Positions 9,933 through 19,486 of a stretch of DNA of 64,000 bases are shown here, piece by piece (position 1 is the first letter of the stretch; the number at the start of each line of letters is the position of its first letter). Source of the DNA: Verrucomicrobiota bacterium (GTDB taxonomy: Bacteria; Verrucomicrobiota; Verrucomicrobiia; Limisphaerales; JADLHS01); the NCBI GenBank assembly GCA_013140495.1, contig JABFSR010000014.1, positions 3,880 to 67,879 of the forward strand. The letters are read 5' to 3'. The notes under the pieces are model-generated. The model did not search any database. It was not told the origin of the DNA and worked only from the letters and a program-made list of their open reading frames with translations. A program made the position numbers and the translations under genes.

Positions 9933-11090
9933 TTAGATGCGAAGCCATTTTTCGGTAGTCGCATGAAGTGGGGACATGCTGGCAACATCTTCAAAACCCC
10001 GTAGAACCGGGGCGGAAACTGAAGTCGAAGCGGTCACCCGGCAGTTCGGACTATGGAGATAGTGTTCTTCGGTCAAATCGCGGAGTCGCGCGGCCGCCTG
10101 TTCCGGCGTAATATCACGCTGGGCCTCGGCCAGCATCTCGTAACCGACCATGAACTTTTTCACCGTTGCCGAACGTAAAAGCGGCGGGTAAATATGCGCG
10201 TGGAGTTGCCACCCTGAGTAATCGCCCTCGTCGTTCGGCGCGCCATGCCAGCCCAACGAATATGGGAATGATGTCTGGAAAAGATTGTCGTAGCGCGCCA
10301 ACAGGCGACGCAACAAATCCGCCAGTCCGTCGCGCTCTGCGCTGTTCAAATCTGGCAGCCGCAAAACCTGACGCCGCGGTTGAATAAGGGTTTCAAACGG
10401 CCACACTGCCCACCATGGCACGATGGCCAACCAATGCGCGTTCTGCGCCACGATGCGTTCGCCTTGAGTTATTTCCGCCTGCGCATAGTCGAGTAGTAAC
10501 GGTGAGCCGTTTTCCTTGAACCATTTTTGCTGCTGGATGTGCTCTTTTGCGGGTTCGTTCGGCACGAAGTCACTGGCCCAGATTTGTCCGTGAGGATGCG
10601 GGTTCGAGCAGCCCATCACATCACCCTTGTTCTCGAAAACTTGTACCCACTTCCATTTCCGCCCAAGGTCTGCGACTTGATCGGCCCATACATCCACCAC
10701 GGGACGTATCTGCACCGCGCTCATCAGCGCCAACGTGAAATCATGACGCGGTGAGAAACAGATTACACGGCATGTGCCTGCCTGCGTTTGCGCGCGCAGC
10801 AGCGGATGACGACTGACATCGGCACTCGGTGTGTCGTCGAGGAACGCGGAGAAGTCGTTGGTGAAGACGAAGGTTGCATCGTAATTCGGATTGAGTTCCT
10901 TGTTGGCGCGGACGTTTCCGGGACAAAGGTAACATTGTGGGTCGTGTTGTGGACGTGAGGTTGGAGCATTTGGCTCTACGCGCCCCTGCCACGGACGTTT
11001 GGTGCGGTGGGGCGATACAAACACGTATTCGCCAGTCAAGGCATTGAGTCGCCGATGCGGTTGGTCAAATGGATTGGGTATCATTATCAT
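9933..11090 (-). CDS. galT: Galactose-1-phosphate uridylyltransferase
   Basis: [34 protein letters not shown] (zinc site) and HPHGQIWA (His-Pro-His active site) all closely match E. coli GalT motifs. Confidence 0.9.
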   Translation of the reverse strand: MIMIPNPFDQPHRRLNALTGEYVFVSPHRTKRPWQGRVEPNAPTSRPQHDPQCYLCPGNVRANKELNPNYDATFVFTNDFSAFLDDTPSADVSRHPLLRAQTQAGTCRVICFSPRHDFTLALMSAVQIRPVVDVWADQVADLGRKWKWVQVFENKGDVMGCSNPHPHGQIWASDFVPNEPAKEHIQQQKWFKENGSPLLLDYAQAEITQGERIVAQNAHWLAIVPWWAVWPFETLIQPRRQVLRLPDLNSAERDGLADLLRRLLARYDNLFQTSFPYSLGWHGAPNDEGDYSGWQLHAHIYPPLLRSATVKKFMVGYEMLAEAQRDITPEQAAARLRDLTEEHYLHSPNCRVTASTSVSAPVLRGFEDVASMSPLHATTEKWLRI

Positions 11091-11104
11091 GCCTACGGGT
11101 AAAA

Positions 11105-12271
11105 CTAGGATAGAAGAACGGCAGTTCCCTCGCCTGGCCGTGAGGCAAACAACATGGGCAAAATTTTAGTGGCACATTCGTAATCGTCTAAAATACGGCG
11201 TGAAATCGAAGCGGTGTTCGATTCTCTTATCAGCGCGACGGCGCAGCCGCCGAAACCGCCGCCGGTCATGCGACAACCAAAGACCCCGCCCTCGACGCCA
11301 ATGTTGTGGGCGATGTCCACCACCGTGTCGAGTTCGCGACAACTGACTTCATAATCATCTCGTAGCGAATCATGGCTCTGATACATGAGTTCTCCGACAT
11401 TTTCCCACTGGCTGGCGGAAAATAATTCGGCGGCCAGAACCGTACGACTGTTCTCACTGATGACATGGCGGGCACGACGAAAAATCTGCGGACTTAGCTT
11501 GTCGGCGTGAGTCTGGAGTAATTTCGGCGTGGCATCTCGAAGGGCTTTTACTTTGAGTTGATGCGCGGCCTCCTCGCATTCGGCATGACGCTTGGCATAC
11601 TCGCCGTCTGCAAGTTTGTGGCGGACGTTGGTATTGATGATGAGGACGGCGAGCGACGGATCACTCACAGGAATGAACCTCGTCTCTTGCGAGCGACAGT
11701 CGAGCAATAGCAGATGATCCTTCCTGGCCATGACAGAGGTAAACTGATCCATGATCCCGCAAGGCACACCGGCGAATTCATGTTCGGCTTTCTGGCAGAG
11801 AAGTGCTTTTTGAACTGGATCAAGCTTATGACCGGTGAGACTTTCCAAAAACGTGGCTGTGGCAACTTCCAAAGCTGCGCTGCTCGACAACCCACCGCCG
11901 AGCGGCACGTCGGAATCAATCAAAACATTGAAGCCGGGGACGGGAATGCCAAGTCGCCGAAAGCCTGCGACGACACCAAGAACATAGTTGGCCCAGCCCG
12001 GTTCGCCGCGCCGCAACTCATCGCGCAGACTGAACTCAGCGGATTCGCCGGTGGTCAGGCTGTGCAGGACGACCTGCTTGTCCTCGGCCTTGCTCCCCAC
12101 GAGAAGGGTGCGTCGCTCAAGTGCCATGGGTAGCACGAAGCCGTCATTGTAGTCCGTGTGCTCGCCTATGAGGTTAACCCGACCAGGCGCAGCGACAATG
12201 ATTCCTGGAGACTTGCCGAAGCGCGTGGCAAATAGCCGGACCACTCTTGCGATAGATGGATTTATGCTCAT
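11105..12271 (-). CDS. galK: Galactokinase
   Basis: [22 protein letters not shown] (galactokinase signature) and [15 protein letters not shown] (GHMP ATP motif). Start trimmed to [10 protein letters not shown] at 12271. Confidence 0.9.
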   Translation of the reverse strand: MSINPSIARVVRLFATRFGKSPGIIVAAPGRVNLIGEHTDYNDGFVLPMALERRTLLVGSKAEDKQVVLHSLTTGESAEFSLRDELRRGEPGWANYVLGVVAGFRRLGIPVPGFNVLIDSDVPLGGGLSSSAALEVATATFLESLTGHKLDPVQKALLCQKAEHEFAGVPCGIMDQFTSVMARKDHLLLLDCRSQETRFIPVSDPSLAVLIINTNVRHKLADGEYAKRHAECEEAAHQLKVKALRDATPKLLQTHADKLSPQIFRRARHVISENSRTVLAAELFSASQWENVGELMYQSHDSLRDDYEVSCRELDTVVDIAHNIGVEGGVFGCRMTGGGFGGCAVALIRESNTASISRRILDDYECATKILPMLFASRPGEGTAVLLS

Positions 12272-12302
12272 AGGACGCCGCTTCGGAAAACCAATAATGA
12301 CC

Positions 12303-12503
12303 TCAAGTCTTCTTCCGCCCTCGCCATGCAAGCAACAACATGAACACGCCGAAAACCAGCATCACCGTGCCCCACACGAGGTTGATGTTGATGCCGAGGG
12401 AGCGTTCGTAGATGGCATTGTCGCTGATCAGCCCGTAGATCACCAGCATCGCACCATACAGGCTGAACATGATTCCAATCGGAAGTCGCAGGTCAAAGTT
12501 CAT
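12303..12503 (-). CDS. Small two-TM membrane protein (66 aa) between the symporter and galK
   Basis: MNFDLRLPIGIMFSLYGAMLVIYGLISDNAIYERSLGININLVWGTVMLVFGVFMLLLAWRGRKKT. Two hydrophobic helices, high GC3, 20 nt downstream of the symporter stop. The N-terminal part of ORF 12303..12722 overlaps the symporter and was rejected. Confidence 0.55.
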   Translation of the reverse strand: MNFDLRLPIGIMFSLYGAMLVIYGLISDNAIYERSLGININLVWGTVMLVFGVFMLLLAWRGRKKT

Positions 12504-12523
12504 AGTTAAAACGAGTTGAGGGA

Positions 12524-14227
12524 TTACCAGAAAAGAATGTTCAGCACGAGGGTGGCGGCCAGGATGATGACGCCCAGCGTGACCGGACGTTGATACCATG
12601 GTTCGTCCTCGGACTTCGGCTTCGGCGTCAACGAATACACGAGACCGGTCAATTCCGCATCCGTCTTGGTACGCTTGGTCGCCAATGAAATCAGAATCGT
12701 CAGAGCGAAGCAGGCACTCCACGCCACGATGGCCATGTAAAAGTTCTGCGCCATTTCGCTATGGAAGTGAAATTGTTGGGTAATCCACCCGCCTTTGATG
12801 CCGGCTACCGCACCTTTGGCGAGCGACATGCCGTGGAAAATCATCGCGGCGACCGTGCCACCCAGCAGACCAAAGAAGGCGCCATGGCCCGTGGATCGTC
12901 GCCAGAACATGCCAAGTAGGAAGGTTGCAAATAACGGCGCGTTCACAAAGCCGAACACCAGTTGTAACATGTCCATGATGTTGTTGAACTGCGAAGCCAG
13001 GTACGCACATCCCACGCTGATGATGATGCCCACCACTGTGGCCAAGCGTCCCATCCAGAGGTAATGGGAGTCAGACTTGTTCTTGCCAATGTAGCTTTGA
13101 TAGATGTCGTAGGTCCACACGGTGTTGAACGCCGTTACATTGCCTGCCATGCCGGACATGAAAGACGCCATCAGTGCGGTGAAGCCAATGCCCAGCAAAC
13201 CGGTGGGTAGATATTTCGCTAGCAACGCCGGGATGGTCATATTGTAATCTGGCGTGCCGTCCGCTCCCAAAGGAATGACATTCCCGCCCTTGTTGTGTAA
13301 CGCAATCGCAATCATACCGGGAAGAATCACCAACGCCGGGAACAACATTTTTGGTACGGCGGCGATCAAAGGCGTGCGCCGCGCCGCAGACATTGAGTTG
13401 GCAGCCATCGCGCGTTGCACGACAAGGAAGTCAGTACACCAATAACCGAAGGACAAAACAAAGCCTAATCCCATCACCATGCCGAACCACTCCACGCCCA
13501 TGGGATTGGCAATCGTCGTTCCCATGTGCGACCAAGAATTCGTCCAAGTACCCGCTTCGTAGCCTTGACTGGTGGCCACAGGAATGAGTTTTTCCTTCAA
13601 TGCGCTCCAACCGCCTACATCCTTCAATGCGAGAAATACCAGTGGCGCGAATCCGAGGACGATCATGAAGAACTGCAACACCTCGTTGTAGATGGCCGAA
13701 GTCAAACCGCCGAGAAAGATATACACCAGCACGATGATGGCCGATATGACGATGCTCATGTGGTAGTTCCATCCGAGTAGCAATTCCAGCAATCGCGCCA
13801 GTGCGTGCAAAGAAATTCCGGACGAGAACACTGTCATCACGGCGAAAGTAATGGCGTTAAACCCGCGTGTCTTTTCATCGAAGCGCAGCTTGAGGTATTC
13901 CGGCACGGACCTGGCTTTTGAGCCGTAATAGAACGGCATCATAAATATGGCAAGGAACACCATCGCTGGTATCGCCCCCACCCAATAAAAGTGGGCGGTC
14001 ATGATGCCGTACTTCGCGCCGGACGCCGCCATGCCGATAACTTCCTGCGCACCAAGATTCGCGGAGAGGAACGCCAATCCCGTCACCCAGGCGGGAATCG
14101 AGCGGCCTGACATGAAAAAATCCGCGCTCCCTTTCATGTAGCGTTTAAGAGCCCAGCCGATGCCGATGACAAAGGCGAAGTAGATGATCAGGATGGCATA
14201 ATCAAGCAAGCCTAGCTGGATGTGCAT
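12524..14227 (-). CDS. Sodium:solute symporter family sugar transporter (SGLT-like; probably galactose/galactoside)
   Basis: 567 aa and multi-TM. N-terminus DYAILIIYFAFVIGIGWALKRYMKGSADFFMSGRSIPAWVTGLAFLSANLGAQEVIG is typical of the SSS family. Lies in an operon with galK-galT. Confidence 0.85.
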   Translation of the reverse strand: MHIQLGLLDYAILIIYFAFVIGIGWALKRYMKGSADFFMSGRSIPAWVTGLAFLSANLGAQEVIGMAASGAKYGIMTAHFYWVGAIPAMVFLAIFMMPFYYGSKARSVPEYLKLRFDEKTRGFNAITFAVMTVFSSGISLHALARLLELLLGWNYHMSIVISAIIVLVYIFLGGLTSAIYNEVLQFFMIVLGFAPLVFLALKDVGGWSALKEKLIPVATSQGYEAGTWTNSWSHMGTTIANPMGVEWFGMVMGLGFVLSFGYWCTDFLVVQRAMAANSMSAARRTPLIAAVPKMLFPALVILPGMIAIALHNKGGNVIPLGADGTPDYNMTIPALLAKYLPTGLLGIGFTALMASFMSGMAGNVTAFNTVWTYDIYQSYIGKNKSDSHYLWMGRLATVVGIIISVGCAYLASQFNNIMDMLQLVFGFVNAPLFATFLLGMFWRRSTGHGAFFGLLGGTVAAMIFHGMSLAKGAVAGIKGGWITQQFHFHSEMAQNFYMAIVAWSACFALTILISLATKRTKTDAELTGLVYSLTPKPKSEDEPWYQRPVTLGVIILAATLVLNILFW

Positions 14228-14513
14228 ATAATTCTTGGGTCAAATTGGTGGGCGCGTTGAATCAAATGATGGTTTCTGGAATAGCAGATCTGATTTCCGC
14301 CAATTGCATTGGCAGGCTGAACCAAAATGCACCCATGGGTGCGATCAGTATCCGTCGATTTATCAACAATGATTTCAAAGCAGTGAAGTTGTCAGACAGT
14401 CCGCAGACAATCTTGCGATATTCTTCGGCGAAGAATTTTGAACAGAGGTAAGCCAACACTCTCTCGAGATAAACACGGACAGATTTGAAACTGCCTGCAT
14501 TCGAGCGGAAAGT

Positions 14514-16931
14514 TCACAAAGCTTCGAGGTTTGCGCCCACGCTCAAGCGCTTTCCCTTCGGAAGCTTTAACTCCACGATTTTCCCTTGGTAGCGAATGCG
14601 GAACGACTCACCCCTTTCACAGCGAAATCCGGCGAAGACAAGTCGGCCATGTTTCCAGGTCAAATCCACCTCGACTCCACCCCGGGCGCGCAGTCCGGTG
14701 ACTGAGCCTTCCGCCCAAGCCGCCGGAAGCGCGGGCAGCAACTCGATTTCACCCGCGTGACTTTGCAACAGCATCTCGGCAATTGACGCCGCGACACCGA
14801 AATTGCCATCAATCTGAAAAGGCGGGCAGGCATCGAACAAATTCGGGTAAACACCGCCACCACCGTCGTAGCGGATGCTCTGATCCGTTACGGGATTCAG
14901 CGCTTTGCGGATCAACGAATAGGCGCGCTCACCGTCCTGAAGCCGGGCCCACAGCGCCACTTTATTGGCCAGCGACCAGCCCACGCCTTCATCGCCGCGA
15001 ACTTCCAAAGTTTTGCGGGAAGCCTTCGCCAAATCTGGCGTCTGCCCCGGCGTGATTTCATCGCCAGGATACAGCCCCCACAAATGCGAGATGTGCCGAT
15101 GCTGCGGCTCAGCTTCTTTGTATTCTTCCGGCCATTCCATGACCCGGCCATCGGAACCAATTCGGGTCGGCGCGAGCCGGGCCCTTTTGGCCACCAGTTC
15201 ATTCCGAAAGTCTCCATCAATGCCCAGAATGCGTGATGCTTCAATGCAGGCGTCGAACAGATAGCGCAACATCTGGTCGTGAACAGTATTTCCGGCCGTA
15301 ATCGCGGACTGCTGCCCGTCGGGCTTGAGGAAATGATTTTCCGGCGAGTTGGCCGGAGCAATGACGAGGTAATGATGCTTCGGTTCTTCGATCAGCAGGT
15401 CCGCGTAGAAGCGCGCCGAGCCCTTCATGATCGGATAGGCCCACGCGAGGAATTTCCGGTCGCGCGTGAACCGCCAGTGATCCCACAGATGCTGGCAGAG
15501 CCACGCCGAACCGCCGGTCGTCGCACCCCAAGACGCGGATTCCCCGGGCGAAGTGAAGCCCCACGGATTTGTGATGACGTGCGCCACCCAGCCGCGCGCC
15601 GCATAATATTCGCGCGCCGTCTTCGCCCCCGGCTTCTGCAACGAATCAATCAGAGCAAACAACGGCTGGTGCAGTTCCGACAAATTGCAGACTTCCGCCG
15701 GCCAGTAATTCATCTGCACATTCATGTCGAGGTGCCAGTCGCCTGTCCACGGCGTGCTGAGTTCCTCGGCCCAAATTCCTTGAAGGTTTGCCGGCAAGCC
15801 CCCCGGGCGCGATGAGGAAATCAACAAGTAACGACCGAAGTTGAAATACAAGGCTGCCAACGCCGGATCGGTCGCGCCCGCCTTGAACGCCTGAATGCGC
15901 TCTGGAGTTGGCTTGCTGGAAACTTCCGGCTTGGTCACGCCCAGTTGCAGTGACACGCGCTGAAAGTATTTCGCGTAGTCCGCCACATGCGCCGTTTGCA
16001 TCTTCGCAAAAGATTTCTTTGCCGCCTTGTTGATCTCCTTCAGCGTCACGGCCAATGGATCTTTGCTCTGCCGCCCGGCGAAACCTTGGTAGTCCGTCGC
16101 CGCCGTGATGAGCAATAACACTTCATCCGCATTGCTCACTTGGAGTAAAGTTCCTTCAACCGTCACCGCGCCGCCACGATTCACCACGCGCACCCGTGTC
16201 ACATGCCGCAGGCCTTTTCCGTCCACACCGTTTTCCATCTGGCCGGTCATCAGCAGCCCATTCTTCCCGTCGGCCACCGTCGCGAAGCGCTCCGGCCGAT
16301 CCAGCTTCGTCACAAAAGAAAGTTGTCCTGGCTTGGTCGCCGTGAGTCGCAACACCATCACCTCATCCGGCGCGCTCACGAACATCTCGCGTTTGAACGT
16401 CACGCCGCCGCGCTGGAACTCCATTCGCGTCACCGCGTCGTTCAGATTCAATTCCCGCCGATAGTTCGTCACTGGCGCATTCGTGTCACCCGGAAAGGTG
16501 AGATGCAGGTTACCCAGCACCTGATAACAACCGTATTGGCCGTTACCCGAGCCGCCGCTCGAGCCCGGTCCTTTGCAGGTGAAGTTCGCATTCACCAACG
16601 CCTCGGCCTCGGTGTTTTTGCCCGCGAGCAACAGCCGCTGGATTTCCGGCAACACCTTGTGCGCGCCTTCGCGGTCGGCGTCCTGGCGTGAGCCAGACCA
16701 GACGGAACTTTCGTTCAACACGATGCGCTCTTCATCCACGCCGCCGAACATCATCGCACCGAGCCGCCCATTCCCCATCGGCGATGATTCGGTGAAATTC
16801 TTCGCGGGCGCATCCATCCAGATGACCGTTTCCGGGGTCACGCTGGAGAAGGGGGCGGCGGCAAAAGAACAAGATGCTGCGCTCGCGGCGAAGATGAAAA
16901 CCAAGGCGCGCACAGGAAATAGGAATTGCAT
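14514..16931 (-). CDS. Glycoside hydrolase family 95 (alpha-L-fucosidase / alpha-L-galactosidase type), secreted
   Basis: Trimmed to [27 protein letters not shown] (ATG 16931). N-terminal domain [43 protein letters not shown] is typical of GH95 (GH65N-like). Length is about 800 aa. Confidence 0.8.
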   Translation of the reverse strand: MQFLFPVRALVFIFAASAASCSFAAAPFSSVTPETVIWMDAPAKNFTESSPMGNGRLGAMMFGGVDEERIVLNESSVWSGSRQDADREGAHKVLPEIQRLLLAGKNTEAEALVNANFTCKGPGSSGGSGNGQYGCYQVLGNLHLTFPGDTNAPVTNYRRELNLNDAVTRMEFQRGGVTFKREMFVSAPDEVMVLRLTATKPGQLSFVTKLDRPERFATVADGKNGLLMTGQMENGVDGKGLRHVTRVRVVNRGGAVTVEGTLLQVSNADEVLLLITAATDYQGFAGRQSKDPLAVTLKEINKAAKKSFAKMQTAHVADYAKYFQRVSLQLGVTKPEVSSKPTPERIQAFKAGATDPALAALYFNFGRYLLISSSRPGGLPANLQGIWAEELSTPWTGDWHLDMNVQMNYWPAEVCNLSELHQPLFALIDSLQKPGAKTAREYYAARGWVAHVITNPWGFTSPGESASWGATTGGSAWLCQHLWDHWRFTRDRKFLAWAYPIMKGSARFYADLLIEEPKHHYLVIAPANSPENHFLKPDGQQSAITAGNTVHDQMLRYLFDACIEASRILGIDGDFRNELVAKRARLAPTRIGSDGRVMEWPEEYKEAEPQHRHISHLWGLYPGDEITPGQTPDLAKASRKTLEVRGDEGVGWSLANKVALWARLQDGERAYSLIRKALNPVTDQSIRYDGGGGVYPNLFDACPPFQIDGNFGVAASIAEMLLQSHAGEIELLPALPAAWAEGSVTGLRARGGVEVDLTWKHGRLVFAGFRCERGESFRIRYQGKIVELKLPKGKRLSVGANLEAL

Positions 16932-17085
16932 AGGCTCAAAGTGACAGAACAGGATTCGGGTTGCTTTCAAAATTTGTTGCTGAAGGATATTGAACAAAAT
17001 TCGCGGACGGCTTGCGGAGCGGGAAACAACTCTAAATCAGATTTGGAAATCATGGAACGCATCGTTGCACCAGAACAACCTTGCA

Positions 17086-17124
17086 GGAATGGACAACCCG
17101 CCGAACCACATGGATATTTGACGG
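17086..17124 (-). promoter_or_regulatory. Copy A of a conserved 39-bp bipartite direct-repeat element (candidate AraC-type operator), upstream of the GH95-symporter-galKT operon
   Basis: ggaatggacaacccgccgaaccacatggatatttgacgg. Half-sites atggacaac (17089) and atggatatt (17110) are exactly 21 bp apart. Near-identical to copies at 41091 and 38264. Lies 155-193 bp upstream of the ATG at 16931. Confidence 0.45.
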
Positions 17125-17422
17125 TTGGATTTAGAGTGCGGTTTAACATTACTGAATGGGTTCGATTTTAATCAAATGTCGCACGGGCGTCACCGCGTTC
17201 CGGCTGGTTTGACTTAGCGTCTTGGCTTTACGGACCAAACTCGCTTTGAGTTGATCCACCTAGTTTTTCTCCTCCGGGAGCAACGTGCTCCAAGTTGGCA
17301 AGTGGTGTAGCCTGGCTGCAATCCGCCGGCTCTGGCGACTGGCGACAATGGCACGACACTCCATAGCGCACAGATCCAGAGGAAGGATCGATGTAGCGGC
17401 AATTTGACATAGTATTTCATAG

Positions 17423-19486
17423 TTATTTATCCAGACGCAGGATGAATCCTCCACGACTGGGAATTGTGTGTTGCCATTCATTGGCGGGCTTCAGCGGTGA
17501 CGCAATGACTTCCATCTGCGCCTCTTTCCCTTCGGCAATCAGCACGCCCTTTCCAAACTTACGATAGCGTTTCAGGTCGAGCGTGACCGGCTGTGATTGA
17601 TTTGAACCGTTGATGCCAGCGATAAACCAGCTCGAACCCGTGCGTCGCGCAAACACCGCCAGGCGTCCCGGTTCGCCCAAAAGACAGTGCGTTTCATCCC
17701 AGCGCGCCGGGGCATCATGGAAAATCTTCAGCGCTTCCGGTGGTAATGATTCAAACATCTTCGCCTGGTCAGCGTAGTGTATGATGCCCGACGTGAAGAT
17801 GAGCGCCGTCGCCAGTTCATGCGCGGCAGTGGTGGTGCGCTGATATTTCTTCGGAGAGATCGCCAGCGGCGTGTAATCCATCGGCCCGACGACGTTGCGC
17901 GTGAACGGCAGCACCGTGTTCAGCTCCGCCGCCTTTTCCGAGTAACGCGGTTCGTAGAAATAACTCTCCGTGCCGAGCACCGCCTCCGCCGTCATGAAGT
18001 TCGGCCAGGTCCGATGCCAGCCACGCGGAATCGTGCAACCGTGTAGATTCACCAACAGCTTGCGCTCCGCCGCATCCGCAAACAACGCGTGCATCGCCAC
18101 GATGCTCTCCTGCCGGTCCGAGCACCAAAAATCCACCTTCACGCCGCAGATACCGGCGGCAACCATCTCGTCCAGTTTGCGGGCACGCTTCTTCGCATCG
18201 TAAAAATCCTGGGCGTGCAGCCACGCCAGCGGCGCGACGCCTTTCTCCTTCGCATGTGCCGCAAGTTGCTTCAACCCGGGCGACCACCAGCCCGCATCGA
18301 ACAGCGTGTATTCCCAACCCATCTTTGCAGCAAAGTCGGTGAATTGATTGAAGTGCTCGGCATTGAACGGTCCGTCGGGATACGACCACCATGCCCACGA
18401 CGCGCGCCCCGGCTTTATCCAAGACGTGTCTTTGATTTGCGCCGGCAGGGCGAGATCAGTGACCAAGGTTGAAGTCGCAATTTCTCCCGCGTTCGCTCCC
18501 AGCACGATCACGCGCCACGGCATTATCCATGGCAACGTGGAGCGCGGATTTGTCGTGAGATTGGTGGATTGCCCCTTGGTGTGCTCATCTGGCAGTGGAA
18601 ACGCGACGCGATACAACCCGCCAGTCGAATCCGACCCGAGATGACAAGCAGTGTAAGAACCATCCGTCCCCGACTCCGTCAGCAAAACCCAACTGTCCGC
18701 CCCCGGAACATTGAACAACGCGGGAAAACACCAGCCGAGGGGTTCACCCCGCGAACGCGGTGGCGCGTCACCCGGCGCGACGTGGAAATAGAAGTCTTCG
18801 TAAGCTGGCGTGTATGGTCCAGCCGCATGATACGGCTGCAACCAGCCACGCGCCTCCATTGGAAGCTGAAAGCCCGCCAACTCTGCCTGCACCATCTGGG
18901 CTTCTTTGGAGTCCCCCGTCAGCCGATACCGGAACGCCACGCCTTCATCGCTCGCAGCCAGATCTATCGTCAGCGTAGCGCTGTTCGTGTTGCTGAACTC
19001 CAGCGTGCGTTGGTGAAGCTGGCGATCCACGTGCGGCATCACACCCGCGAACAACTCGTATTTCTCCCGAAGCTGCTTAAGCTTGCCCGCCCGAGCACAC
19101 CTCAATCCGCTCTCAAAATTTTGCCCTTCGAGCGCCAACCCGAGCGGAGCGGACGGCAACACAACTTTGCCCGCGCGCGACACCTGATAGCTCAAGCGTC
19201 CTTCACTGCTCAACTGAACTGTGATTTCACATCTGCCGTTTGGCGAAGTCAGTGACCAACGATCAGCTTCCGCCTGAACCAGCGTGGGGAGCAAATAAAG
19301 CAGCGCAACAAATCCGCGCCAGCGTCTTGGACTGCGGCAGCCCTCTGCCGCTTTGGTGTCGCAGTGCTGGCGATGAAGAGCGGTAGAGGGCTGCCGCAGT
19401 CCAAAACCTGTCAGGGCGAATGAAAACCAAAGTCCTTTTTTCACGGGGCGAGTTCGACGACACAAGCTTCGAGTCCCTTCACGCAA
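17423..19486 (-). CDS. Glycoside hydrolase family 97 (second copy); start codon uncertain
   Basis: SPNGRCEITVQLSSEGRLSYQVSRAGKVVLPSAPLGLAL and IKDTSWIKPGRASWAWW parallel the first GH97. The signal-like segment RRWRGFVALLYLLPTLVQAEA has no nearby ATG/GTG/TTG. The only in-frame ATG (19486) lies upstream of a 25-bp inverted repeat and overlaps the preceding gene by 46 nt. Confidence 0.7.
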   Translation of the reverse strand: MREGTRSLCRRTRPVKKGLWFSFALTGFGLRQPSTALHRQHCDTKAAEGCRSPRRWRGFVALLYLLPTLVQAEADRWSLTSPNGRCEITVQLSSEGRLSYQVSRAGKVVLPSAPLGLALEGQNFESGLRCARAGKLKQLREKYELFAGVMPHVDRQLHQRTLEFSNTNSATLTIDLAASDEGVAFRYRLTGDSKEAQMVQAELAGFQLPMEARGWLQPYHAAGPYTPAYEDFYFHVAPGDAPPRSRGEPLGWCFPALFNVPGADSWVLLTESGTDGSYTACHLGSDSTGGLYRVAFPLPDEHTKGQSTNLTTNPRSTLPWIMPWRVIVLGANAGEIATSTLVTDLALPAQIKDTSWIKPGRASWAWWSYPDGPFNAEHFNQFTDFAAKMGWEYTLFDAGWWSPGLKQLAAHAKEKGVAPLAWLHAQDFYDAKKRARKLDEMVAAGICGVKVDFWCSDRQESIVAMHALFADAAERKLLVNLHGCTIPRGWHRTWPNFMTAEAVLGTESYFYEPRYSEKAAELNTVLPFTRNVVGPMDYTPLAISPKKYQRTTTAAHELATALIFTSGIIHYADQAKMFESLPPEALKIFHDAPARWDETHCLLGEPGRLAVFARRTGSSWFIAGINGSNQSQPVTLDLKRYRKFGKGVLIAEGKEAQMEVIASPLKPANEWQHTIPSRGGFILRLDK
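19327..19404. repeat. REP-like inverted repeat (25-bp arms, 28-nt loop)
   Basis: Left arm ttggactgcggcagccctctgccgc (19327-19351). The right arm gcggtagagggctgccgcagtccaa (19380-19404) is its reverse complement with 1 mismatch. Confidence 0.85.

Noticed and set aside
14228-14513. Possible fourth copy of the 39-bp operator-like element upstream of the symporter gene
   Set aside because: Only a partial resemblance was found (ggaatagcagatctgatttccgccaattgcattggc, and agacaatcttgcgat at 14404). The two ATGGA half-sites with 21-bp phasing are absent.
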